A stretch of 64,000 nucleotides of DNA from Geosiphon pyriformis uo1 (Eukaryota; Fungi; Glomeromycota): NCBI GenBank assembly GCA_016748015.1, contig JAAOMT010000201.1:62001-126000 (forward strand). The letters run 5' to 3'. Under the pieces are notes generated by a model that saw nothing but the letters and a program-made list of their open reading frames with translations, was not told the DNA's origin and did not search any database. This document shows positions 42,383 through 53,800 of this stretch, in pieces. The translations under genes and the position numbers were made by a program. Within the stretch, counting starts at the first letter, position 1; each line of letters starts with the position of its first letter.

Positions 42383-42390
42383 TATTTATA
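42383..42390 (-). promoter_or_regulatory. TATA box of the U1 gene
   Basis: TATAAATA on the minus strand at -35 to -28 from the U1 5' end. Confidence 0.7.
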
Positions 42391-44469
42391 AAAGATTGCC
42401 AAATAACGCATATGATTGTACGAATTGTGGGATAGGATTTTTTATCAAAAATTTCGGGGTTTAAACTCCATGGTTTTATTTCACTATATAATTTTCCAGC
42501 TTATATTGAAAATTTTCGAACAATGTTTTTCTATTTTTGTTTGATTCTTTCTTTGCGCTTAAAGTCAATCATTTTTGACCTTGTGGTCCTTAATTAATTT
42601 ATCTTTTTGTATTTTCGTTTTTTTCAAAAAGGAGGAATATAAAAATGCAAAATTGTTTTGTGAGAATTTAACTGCAATATGAGAAAGAGCATTTACTTTT
42701 TTGAGGATAGTACGAAAATTTGATTTAAATATTTTGTAGATTTGAGCTTGAGAAAAGTATGTTGAAATCTTGCTAGCAATATTCTTAATAGTAATGAAAA
42801 TGCTCATTTTTTTAAAGAAATTTAAAGTTCAAAAGTCAATATTAAATTTATATTCAACTAATATATGTTTTGAATATTGCTAAAAATAAAACAAGGTTTT
42901 TAAATTTTAAAAAATATATACATATTATTTTATGGTTTATTTATTTTTAATTAAATTCAAATTTGTAGATAAATTTTAAGTTTTTTGATAATAATAACTT
43001 TATTGTAACTTTTATTTTAATAAAAATACTTATTAACGCATTTTTAATTTACATATAAGATAAAATCTTTTACTAACTATATTAATATATTTTAAGATTG
43101 AAACAAATAAAAATATTAATTTGTAATAAAAATATAAAGATTTTTTCGCTCTATGAAATATATATTTTATTTTATATAAATTTATTAAATTTTTATCAAT
43201 AAGTTTATACTTTAAATTACAGTTAACATTTAAAAATTTATTTATATATAAATTTAATAACTTAATTTTAATTTTTAAAAATGTTAATATTAATTAATTT
43301 AAATCTTTTTTGTTTATAATAATAAATATGCAGTAAAGTGGCTAGTTATGTATAAAAAGTGCATAAGCCACGTTTATTATTTTATTTTTTTGAATAAAAT
43401 TTCATTTTTTTATTTGTTTAATTGTTTAATAATATGTTGAATTTTAATTTAAAAATATTTAACAACTCATTTTTTTTATTTCTATAATTATAATTAGTAT
43501 TACAATGTAAAAAGTTTTTTTAATTATAAAAACAGTTAAAATACTTTTTTTTTTTCTATATCCAAAATTCTTTAAAGAAAAAAAGGTTTTAGAAAGAAGT
43601 TTTTTATTTTATAGCTTTTTAATATTTTACAAAGTACTAATACATTTGTTTAAAAACTGATAACTGCTATTAATAATGATATGACCAAAAAAAGTCTGTT
43701 AAAAATACTATATATGGTTTTATAAAAGGTAATCTTACTTAAAAGCTAAGAATAATAAAAAAAAATGTAAAGAATTCTAATAATAAAATTTTTTTTTGGT
43801 ATTACAGATAATTTATCTAAATAGATTATTGTAACTTTTGATGCTTTTATATAATATTAGTTTTTGAAGATTTTCAATAATTAAAAGTCTTATAGTATTT
43901 AAAAGTTTTAAAAATTTATATTTATTGTAAAGATATTGATAATTTTATCTAATAGTTTTATTTATAAAGAGTTTTTTTATAAAAAACTGAAAGATTAAAG
44001 CTTTTTTAATGTTAAATGTTTTTAATAATATTGTTACAGTCTGTGTTGTTTGATTTTATAGTTTTTTTCAAGCTATTTAATTACAATTAATAGAATTTAA
44101 TATTGTTTTTTAGTTGTTTTGAGTTTATGTAAACTCAAAACAACTTAGACTAAACTATAATAGTCTTAAGTATATGTTATGAGTTAAATTTTACAATACA
44201 CTTGAATGATGTATATTTTGCTTTTTATGACACATATTTAAAATGTTTATATAGTGCAAATCATTTATAATCATCAAAAATGTAGATCAGTTTGAAATTT
44301 TAAATGATGATCTTTACATGTTTTTATTTATATAATTAAATTTTATTGGTTAATATACATGTGTTTTTAATATATTATTTATAATAAAAAATAAAATTTT
44401 ATTAAATTTTATATAATATAAAACCAAATACAGTATTACAAACTTTGAATATTATTTAATTTGTCAAAT

Positions 44470-47200
44470 AGTTATTAAAAATACTAATTTAAGACTTTTA
44501 AGCACTGTTTTTTGTAATTTTTTTCATGAATAATTGTATTTGTTATATGTATATCTTTTAGCAGCTCTTTAATATCTTTCAATAAAATTTAATTCACAAT
44601 GAAATTTTGGAAAAAAAATGTATTTATGTCTTATACTTTCGATTAATTCTTTAATTGCATTTTTTTAAGCAAAAAAATCAAATTCCAAAGATATTATTTA
44701 ACATTGTTATAGGTAATTATTTGGATAGTTGGAGTAAATAACAAACCTGTAACTTGGTGCTCAATTAATATAGAATGGTAATAATCTGAAGGTTTTTATG
44801 TTCTGAAGATTTTAATTGAGTTTTTTGTATAATGGACAGAGATTCCTGTGTTATTTTATCTGTAGCTTCCTAGAATTACAATTTTGTTAATTTTTTTTTA
44901 ACTTGGTGGCCAGCAATTCTCTGGTAAGCAATCCATAATTCTTATGCATTCTACTCATTTGCAGGGGTTTTTTACCAGACAATCCTTAATGTCAATAACT
45001 CAGTACTTAATCCTTAAAAAGTTTAGTAAACCACCAACAAAATACAAAAAAATAAAATAAAATAAAATAAAAAAAATTAAGCCAAGGCAATACAAGTTAG
45101 TATTCCATCAATAGCCATGATTAAGAGCTATTGTTCTCATGTGGGTTAAGTATCAATTACTATTAATATTTAGAGTTAATAGCGAGCAATTGGATTTAAG
45201 ATGCTGAATAGTATATTTATTAATATTTGGAATAATATGGTTTCTAATTAGGGAATGGTAATTAATAAATTTCTGTCTGAGAATTCTGTCTTTTCTGCTT
45301 CTAATGCTATTGCTATATATACATATTTTCTAGTTTTACAGAATTGCTTTGAATTGTCTGTTCTTGCTAGTTATTGCTTTGTTTTCTTACATTATAACTA
45401 ATTATCCTATGTTATAATATGTTATTCTATATTATAATGCGTTATTCTGTATTATCCTGCATTATAACACATTATCCTATGTTATAATATGTTATCCAAC
45501 ACTATTGCACTTTATTCTGTATTCCTTTATGTTTCATCACATTTTTCTTTAGGTCACATTTTTTCTTCTTTTTTTGATAAGTTTTTTATTTTCAAGTAAC
45601 AACATACACAATAAAAAACTTTTAAAGAATCTTTGATTTTTTTTTTGCATTTTTGACATTTTAATACTAATTTTTTTGATGGCTATTTTTCTCATTCTAT
45701 TAATACTTGTTTAATTTTTTTAGGCAATCCTTGAAGTTTTTTATCTAAATATGTTTTTGGGAAGATTATTAATTATAATTAATTATCTAATTCAAAAAAA
45801 GTATTTTACATTAATAATTGTTTTTCACCTGGATTTAAATTCATTTTGCTTGTAATTAAAGCTATTATTGAAAGCAAATACAGCTGTACAATTTGAATAT
45901 AATTTCTTAAAAATTGAAATAACTTTATATTTAATTTGTTTAAAAAGATAGTCTGCTATTTAATAATTATCTTAATTTATATCAAATTGCAAATAGCATT
46001 GTGTCTTTTCTAATATATTAGAATAGTTTTCTATATTATTTTATTGTAAATGTAAATATTCATTAATTTTAATTAAAAATTCACTAATCATGATTGATCT
46101 TCTATTTTTTTTTTTAACAGCAAATTTTTATGCTCAGCCCATATGTTATGCTTGTTATTATTTGAATAAAAAATATATTCATCATAAATCACAAAAATTC
46201 TTTCTTTTTTTCTATTAAATAAGTTAAGATATATTTAATTTATAAATTCATTTTTATATTTTAACATATATTTTTTATGCTTATATATTTTTTTTAAAAA
46301 ATTTTTCGAGATTGTAAGACATTATTTTTTTTATGTTTATTATAATATAAGCTTTGATAATATTGTTGAAATAAATAACCAAAAATTTTGAGTCATCTTA
46401 CTGCAGTCATAAAACTAATAGTTTTTTTTATTATTATTTTAATATTAAGAAACAATTCATGTTTAATGAATTTTTTAAATGTGATTGAAGTAGCATTAAA
46501 GTTTTGGTTTCTAATCCAAATATAATATCTTTTCATAATGTCTTTATCATTAATTATTCTAATTGTTTTTTGGTATTTTCCATATTTTGATGTTAAAAGT
46601 TTATCATTAAGCAACCAATATTTTGCAAAATATCAAATTTTTTATGCTTTTCATATACTAATATCAATAAAAACTTTCTGGACAATTTTTAAACTGGCAT
46701 TAATTCTTTTATATTTTTTATTATTATTTAATAAGATAAAATATTCAAAAATAACTCTTTTTTGATTATATTAAAAGACAATTAACTGAGTATGTTGTTT
46801 TTTTAAATGTTTTTTTAATTTTTGCTCTTTTTTTATTTAATTAATATATGGATTAACCTTACTTTTTAAATTGTTTAAAAATTTATTAGATTTAGACTAT
46901 TGTAAATCTGTAGTTTAAGCATTACTAATATTAAAAAAAATAGTAAATTTTTTAGTTCCAGTTGCTGCTTTGGTAAATAAACCATTTGGTTTATATTTAT
47001 TATAATAGATTAACTTTGGTATTTTTTTGTTATATAAGAGTTATACTTTTTTTTTTAGATAATTGTTGTTTTTCTATACTAAATTAAGTTTTTTTAATTT
47101 TGTATTTATTCTAATTGCAACTTCCATATCTTTTGTATTATTCTATCTATTGTTATCATTATTGTCTTACTATCTATTATTAACATCCAGTCTGTTAAAT
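44470..47200 (-). mobile_element. Decayed IS630-Tc1-mariner superfamily transposase with a long DD-x-E spacer, interrupted by a solo LTR
   Basis: Minus-strand motifs TISFMTAVR*LKIFGY, VIYDEYIFYSNN (HDESTFY-type), RSIMISEFL, AVFAFNNSFNY (FDNSSNH-type), LKCQKC, FFPKFHCELNFIERY; many stops. Confidence 0.8.
44705..45601 (-). mobile_element. Solo LTR (897 bp) of a third LTR family with 4-bp TSD ACAT
   Basis: Termini TGTTAT...GTAACA flanked by ACAT at 44701-44704 and 45602-45605. Removing it rejoins the transposase frame. On the minus strand a 10/20-bp tandem array is followed by TATATA and then AATAAA. Confidence 0.85.
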
Positions 47201-47699
47201 TCATTTACTTTAATATTATAATCATTTATTAAAGTGGTATAATGTGTTTTTTTATAATTCTTTTGTATTTCTAATTTGATCTTTATTTTTTCTTTTTCTT
47301 TTAGAATAAAGTGGTATTTTATTATATAATATAATATTAATCTAGTGTATAATTAATGCTTGGACAGAATTAAAGAATTTGAGCTATGTAATATTGTATA
47401 ACAAAATTATATTACAATAGAAATGATATTTTTAATTCAGATATATATCTATTCTTTAAATTTTTTTGGTTCTAATTTAAACTTTAATTTCTGTTTTGTA
47501 ATTCTGGATAAGAAACAATTAAAGAAAGTTCTTTCAACATTCATCAAAAAAAAATTTTATTGGAATTGGAAAAATTATCTAAGCTAAAAATTCAAGTAAT
47601 ATTAATAAAAATAGTTACCACAAAAACTTTTTTGACTTATAAAAAAAAATTTGAACAAAAAAGTCTAACATTAACAATTAAACAACTAACTCAAAAGAA

Positions 47700-49230
47700 A
47701 CCCAATTTTTAAATTAAAACTAATCTCTTAGAGTTAATGAAAAATTTATTGCAAATAATTGTTGATTAAAAAGATAATAAGTAAAAATATTTGAGATAAA
47801 TTTCAATTTTAATATTACAGTCTAGTTGTAATCTCTTACTTTTATATTTAGTGGTCGACAATATGCCAAATTATTTATGAATTTACTATCCAAAGAAGAA
47901 TATTCAGAATATTATGATGTGATTAAAGAGCCAAGATTCTTAAATATAATTGAGATTAGTACTTTGCACTTTTTTTTTATCAGTTGGTTAACACTTGACA
48001 TATGTTTTTTATATTACATCAGTAAAAAATTTGAAAAAAATATTATTCATTTATGAATTTAATTAGGACTTGTAATTGATTTCAAAAATGCCATGTATTT
48101 TAATGATGATTTATGTATTTTCAAAGATGCCAAATTCTTATAAGTAAGAAGTTTATTAAACCTTTACAAAAAAATCTGGATTTTATTTACTTAAACTAAT
48201 ATGTTTTATATATTTTTTGCATTAAAACAAACTTGTTTTAAAATATACAATATTAACAAAAAAAAACTATTCAAAGTTATATGCTTTAAAACAATTTTAG
48301 TTTTTCTAATCAAAATAAAGCCAAAGATCTTTTAATTCCAATCTAATTCTCTTAAATTAATACCAACTAATATAAATTTCTTAATTACTGTAATAAGTTA
48401 TTATATATTATATTCTAATAAGTTATTAAAATATTCAATAATCGAAATTTTTTTTACAGTCTAAGAAACCAATTTTAAAACTAGATCATGATTTAATCGA
48501 ATATACAATAGATATTTTAGTCATTATATTTTTCTTTAGTATAATATATTATTCAAATATTAAATTTAACTGGAAATTTTTATTACAGAGGATTTTATAT
48601 ATCTCTTAGATCCAAATAATTTTTTGAAATACAACATTATAATCATTGAAAAGTTATTTGTGAATTCAAAGTAAGTATTCATATTATAATAAAAATGATA
48701 CTGGTCAAAATTTTCAAAGTTGTTTACTGTTTTTTACCTTTTATAGATTGCAAAAATGGTTTGCAGGTTCTTTTTTTTTCAGACTTGATCAAGTTAATTT
48801 TTAATTATAAATACTACTCTTATGTTTTACATTTTTAAGCTTTTAATTATTTTTCTTATTAAACAAAACACAATTTATTTTTAAAATTTTACAAAAAAAA
48901 AGTATTTAAAATATCAGTAATTAAAGAACATATATTGTAAGATATTGTAGAAACATATTATGTTATGCATATAAAAATTATGTTCAAGATATAATATTTA
49001 TTTTAAAATTGTTATATAATTACTATAAGTTTAATTTCACAGAATTTATTTATAAAATATCTCAAAAAATTTGATGACAATAATATCTATGTATATAAAT
49101 CTTTATATGTAATAATATTGAAATTTTTTGCTACTATTAATGATTGGAAAAATACTTTTCTTCATACCTAAAGTTATACCAATACACATAATATATTATT
49201 TAATACCATAAATTATAGAAAGTTTTTTGG
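47700..49230 (+). pseudogene. Bromodomain + BAH (RSC1/RSC2/polybromo-like) pseudogene fragment with introns
   Basis: Bromodomain exon pieces: MKNLLQIIVD*KDN / GRQYAKLFMNLLSKEEYSEYYDVIKEPRFLNIIE / KNAMYFNDD..IFKDAKFL. BAH exon pieces: ILKLDHDLIEYTI / DFIYLLDPNN..IIIIEKLF / QKWFAGSFFFRLDQ / EHIL*DIVETYYVMHIK / DDNNIYVYKSLY..FATINDWK. The pieces are separated by short GT..AG-like introns, some with mutated donors. Confidence 0.75.
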
Positions 49231-49299
49231 CAGAATTTGTCTTGGTTTTTTTTATACAGTATATTGTTATAGTTAAAACCTATACTTTTTATTAATTAT

Positions 49300-49485
49300 T
49301 ACATATATTAGCTATTGATGTCATATAATTAGCCACTTTATTTTTAGATAGTAATCATTGACCTGATCAATGACCTGACTGTTGACTTAACTGTTGATCT
49401 GATCATTGATCTGATTATTGACCTGATTATTGACCTGATCATTAACTTGATCATTAACCTAGTCATTGACCTGATTATTGACCAC
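49300..49485. repeat. 12-bp tandem array (consensus ~TTGACCTGATCA, about 10 units) with a conserved flank; member of a dispersed family
   Basis: The array is directly visible. Degenerate copies occur at ~17848-17915, ~18700-18800, ~28370-28500 and ~32290-32480; the last three carry the flank TCTAAAAATAA..TAGTGGCTAATACAT. Confidence 0.8.
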
Positions 49486-49843
49486 TTTTAATAGCTATAT
49501 AAGTAATGAATCTCTTAGCTGTAGAAAAAAATGTAAGAATCAAAGAAATAAAAGAAATAAAATAACAACTTTATCTTAATTCTTCTCTTATCATTAATTT
49601 CTCTTTCCTTACCTTCAAGTATCTGAACATCTTAAAGATAAAAGAATAATTATTGGTTATTCCCTACTTTTTTTCTGAAACATGTAATTGTAATATTTAA
49701 AGATTATTAAATAAAACGTGACTGAAGAGTATATTTAATACCTGATATTGAATTTTAAGAGCACCGACATGAGGCATAGAATTATACCAATGTGTGATTA
49801 TTTGTTAACAGTATGGACTATCCTTTTATCTTTAGATTCCTGA

Positions 49844-50818
49844 TGTTACCAGTAGAATTTTAGCTATTAATTAGCATGAAATTACCCTTATAATTCCTAT
49901 TATTAATTAGCATACATTATTATTAATTCGATTATCACTTATTATTTAACCAAATTATCAAATATTATTACTCAATCAATAATCCGATTTGTATTCTAGA
50001 AATTAAGATGATCAAATTACACAATACCCTGAACCATTTAACATAGTCAAAATTCGCCGAAATTAATGAAAATTCGCCGAAATAATCAATAGTTCAGTGA
50101 AATAACTTGTAAATTTGCCGAAATATATCTTTAGTTCACCTAAATTGTAGCAAAAAGAAAAGTGCAAGTTCAAAGACTAATACTACAACAAATTGTATAA
50201 AAGAAGAGCTTCTCTCTTCAAGAAAATGTATCTTCTCATAGTATCTTATCATAAGTACTTTACTTTAGATATCTTAATTAAAACAAATCACTTTTACACA
50301 TCCAAATAAAAATTAACTATTCAAAAACCAAATCCTTAAATTATTACATTTGAAATTTCCCCAACACAACTAACGTTTTGAAATTGATTAGCTATCAATT
50401 TCAATAAGCTGTTAGTGACTTCAGGCCTAAATAGAAAACGTTTCTCTTGATAAAATTCTATTTCTTTTATATTTCTTTTATTTTTCTTTTCCTTTTTCCT
50501 ATTATAATCATTAGGGTAGCCTACAGACAAGATTCTTGTAGAAGAGTTGACTTTCACAGCAAAGTAACTACACATTTTTAGTGAGCTTCTAGATGAGCAA
50601 TTCCTGGAAAAGAGTTGACATTTACTACAATGTAACTACATAAAGTAACTGGCAAGGAATTGGTCATTCCACTCATAAGCCCAGCAGTTCAAATTATAGG
50701 AGATAATTTGAAGATAAATTCAGTTATTGGAGGTCCAACTACTTCCTGAAAAACGTGAATTCACAGCAAATCAACATTAACAACATTCAAAAAAAGAGAC
50801 CAAAAACCTTCAGTAACA
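49844..50818 (+). repeat. 5' LTR of element A
   Basis: About 97% identical to 58754-59728 (~27 substitutions counted by eye). U3 array at 50051-50145, TATAAAA at 50196, AATAAA at 50305. Confidence 0.97.
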
Positions 50819-50820
50819 TT

Positions 50821-50829
50821 TGGTGCTCT
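50821..50829 (+). promoter_or_regulatory. Primer-binding site of element A
   Basis: TGGTGCTCT two nt after the LTR end; complementary to a tRNA 3' end ...GAGCACCA. Confidence 0.75.
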
Positions 50830-50863
50830 TTCACAAAAATAACACAGCAATAACAACTTCAAA

Positions 50864-53800
50864 GTGGTGACCACATCAAACACAACAACTTTAGAGTATT
50901 ATCAGTCAATTTACACCCACTGCAAGCAAAGATTCAACATCACAGACGGAATTAAAGTTGTCAAGAAATCAGTATACCAATACATTGAAAACCGCATCAA
51001 CAATTATTTTCTTGGAAATTACAACATCTCAGAAGTTAGAAGCAATTTTTACAATAATTTAGTGCACTATTCACAGTTAGGAACTGAAGATCTTAACAGT
51101 GAAACACTTGCCATTTACTTCCAAGAACTTAATTTTAACATTATCAAGTACTGTGAAGAAACATACCCAGTACAGTTCTAATACTCTATTGACTTTGAAT
51201 CAGAAATAGAAACAAGCAACAAAGGCAAACAAAAAGTAAAACAATACTCAAGAACCACTCCAAACACTCCAATACTACCAAAGACAATTACCAAACATTT
51301 ACAAACATTTGAACAAGAAACCAGTGTCAAATTACCACTTTCTATTATACCATTTTCAATTTCATTTGCTTAACTATAAACACTAAATTTACCACTTAAC
51401 CATTTCTCCAGACCAGAAGATTTTCAGTCATCCAGAAATCCTACTCAACAGCAGGAACCCATATCAACAAGCACCAATATTATTAAATACTTACAAGAAA
51501 ACGAAAGTAATCATTCAGAAAACTTGAAAAATGAAGAAACTGAATCAGAACAAGAAGAAACCACAGAAAAAAAAAAAAATAGCAACTGCTTACATTGCAA
51601 AGATTTCTGAATTCACTGATGAAGACAATGATACCAGTTTACAAGAATGGCTTGATAAAGTCCAGAAAGCAAGAGATGCAAATGGTTGGAATGCAGCAAG
51701 AATGCTCAAAGCAATTTCATATTTTCTCCAAAGAACTGCAGGAGAATGGTTTGAAAACTTAGAAGAAACATTTAGAATCTGGCAAGCATTCAAAGATACT
51801 TTCTTACAACAATTCACTAACAACAACACCTCTATTACTCTCCATAATCATTTTTGCAATATCAAACAAGAAACATCTGAAACTGTCATGACCTATCTTG
51901 GGAGATTCAACAAACTTCTTTGACAAATTTGACAATTAGAAACCAATGACTACTACTCCAATGCTCAGATTCTGGATCAATTTATAGCAGAATTAAAAGA
52001 CAAATTAATCAAGAAAGTTTGTCCACATGTACCAAAAGACTTAGCAACAGCCATTAGACATGCAAAAAACTATGAAATAGCAATGAAAGAAGCAAATCAC
52101 ACCAATCTTGTCAACTTAGCTATTGAAGAAATCAGCTTAGCAGCTGAAGAAAAGATAAACCAACTCACAAAAAAAGTTGAAAGCTACTTTACAAACCAAC
52201 AACAACAGCAACAACAACCACAAAGATATCAACTCCCACAATAATGCAACCAAAACAATTTTGGATTACCATTCAACAACCAACCTCAGAATTGTCACTA
52301 TTGTGGAATTCCAGGACACTGAAAATGAAATTGCAGAAAATTGCAAAGAGACCAACAAAACAGGAGTAATTAATGTTACTCTTCACCATAATAATCTTAT
52401 TACCAACCTCTGCCAACAACTTATTATTCACTAAAACTACAGAATCAAAACAGTTACTACCAACTAGCTTTACAACCAATGCAGCAACAATATCAACAAC
52501 CTTTACCAATTCAGCAATATCAGACACTATCCACTCAACAATATCAAATACCAGTCAGAAGATTGGTTCAACATAACCAATTCACATTTCAGAATCAATT
52601 CAGTAATAATAACAGCAGAAGCAATCCAAATAACCAGTTGGTTTCCCAAAATTCTGGTCAGCAAAGACCCAATCACTATCACACTCAATCCAGTTATCTT
52701 ACAATGCCTGAAGGATCGAATTTTCAACAAACTGCACTTTCTGAAGGTGAAGTTGCAGCACCAAGATCAAATCTTTCCAACAACACTATCTCATCAGCCC
52801 AAATTGCCCAAAATGCCAACCTTTCAGATATATTCTCATTCGAATTTGAAGCAAATGAATTACCATTCTTGCTTAGTAATGCAGCAGCTAATGAACAAAA
52901 AGCCATCACTGTCATGTATATTGAAGCTACAGTAGAAGAAAAATCCATCCAATTAATTCTAGACAATGAATCAGCTGAAAGTATTATTACCTGCCAATTA
53001 ATGCAACAGCTTCAAAGAACTGTTAACAGACCAGCCCAAACTGTAATTATTACAGCAGATGGTATGAAAAAAACACCAGTAGGAGAAATTGACAATTTTC
53101 TATTTACCATTGATGGAATCACCATTCCAGTCAAAGTTCTAGTCATGGATGCACTCCAATATTAAGCTCTAGTCGAAAATGATTGGCTTCTTAAAGCCAA
53201 TGCAAACTTAGACTAAGAAACTCAGGAATTAAAAATCTCATACCAAAGACAATACACTATAGTACCTGCTACTTGTGGAACTTTCAATAAACAATCAGAA
53301 AAAGCTCCAGTGTTTGAATTTGAAGAGAAGAAAAAAATGCCACTTACTGAAACCTACATAGCCCTTGGATTAACATCCAATTGGGCTGAGAAAACAGAAC
53401 AAGAGATTTTTGAAGAATCAAGAGGATGAAAGAAAGTTAGATACTCCACACCTAAACTACAAAAAAAACTACCATATATTCCACTAAAATGCAAAAATTG
53501 CAAAAAGAAGTTTTCATCTATGGGAGCCTGTATTTCCCCAGAAGAGGAATATGAAATTCGCATCTGCTATTTCTGCAAAGCATGCCATAGAGAACGATTT
53601 GAATTTCCAAAAAGAAGTGGAAAATGAGACAACACACCTTGCTTTACATGTGGAGATATACTACCAGAAGAATACAACTAGATTAATATTGCAATGAAAG
53701 AAGGAGTATGTGATCAAACTTGTCAATATGCCTTATCAATTTCGGAAAAAGTCAGAAGAGAAACACCATTTGATACAGCATATAACAGTGCTTTTAACAA

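Noticed and set aside
49355-49485. Tandem array as a possible CRISPR
   Set aside because: Contiguous 12-bp units with no unique spacers, no cas genes, and a eukaryotic context.
50336-50575. 79-aa antisense ORF repeated at 59246-59485
   Set aside because: The duplication simply reflects LTR identity, and its Lys/Glu-rich composition is the reverse complement of a polypyrimidine tract.
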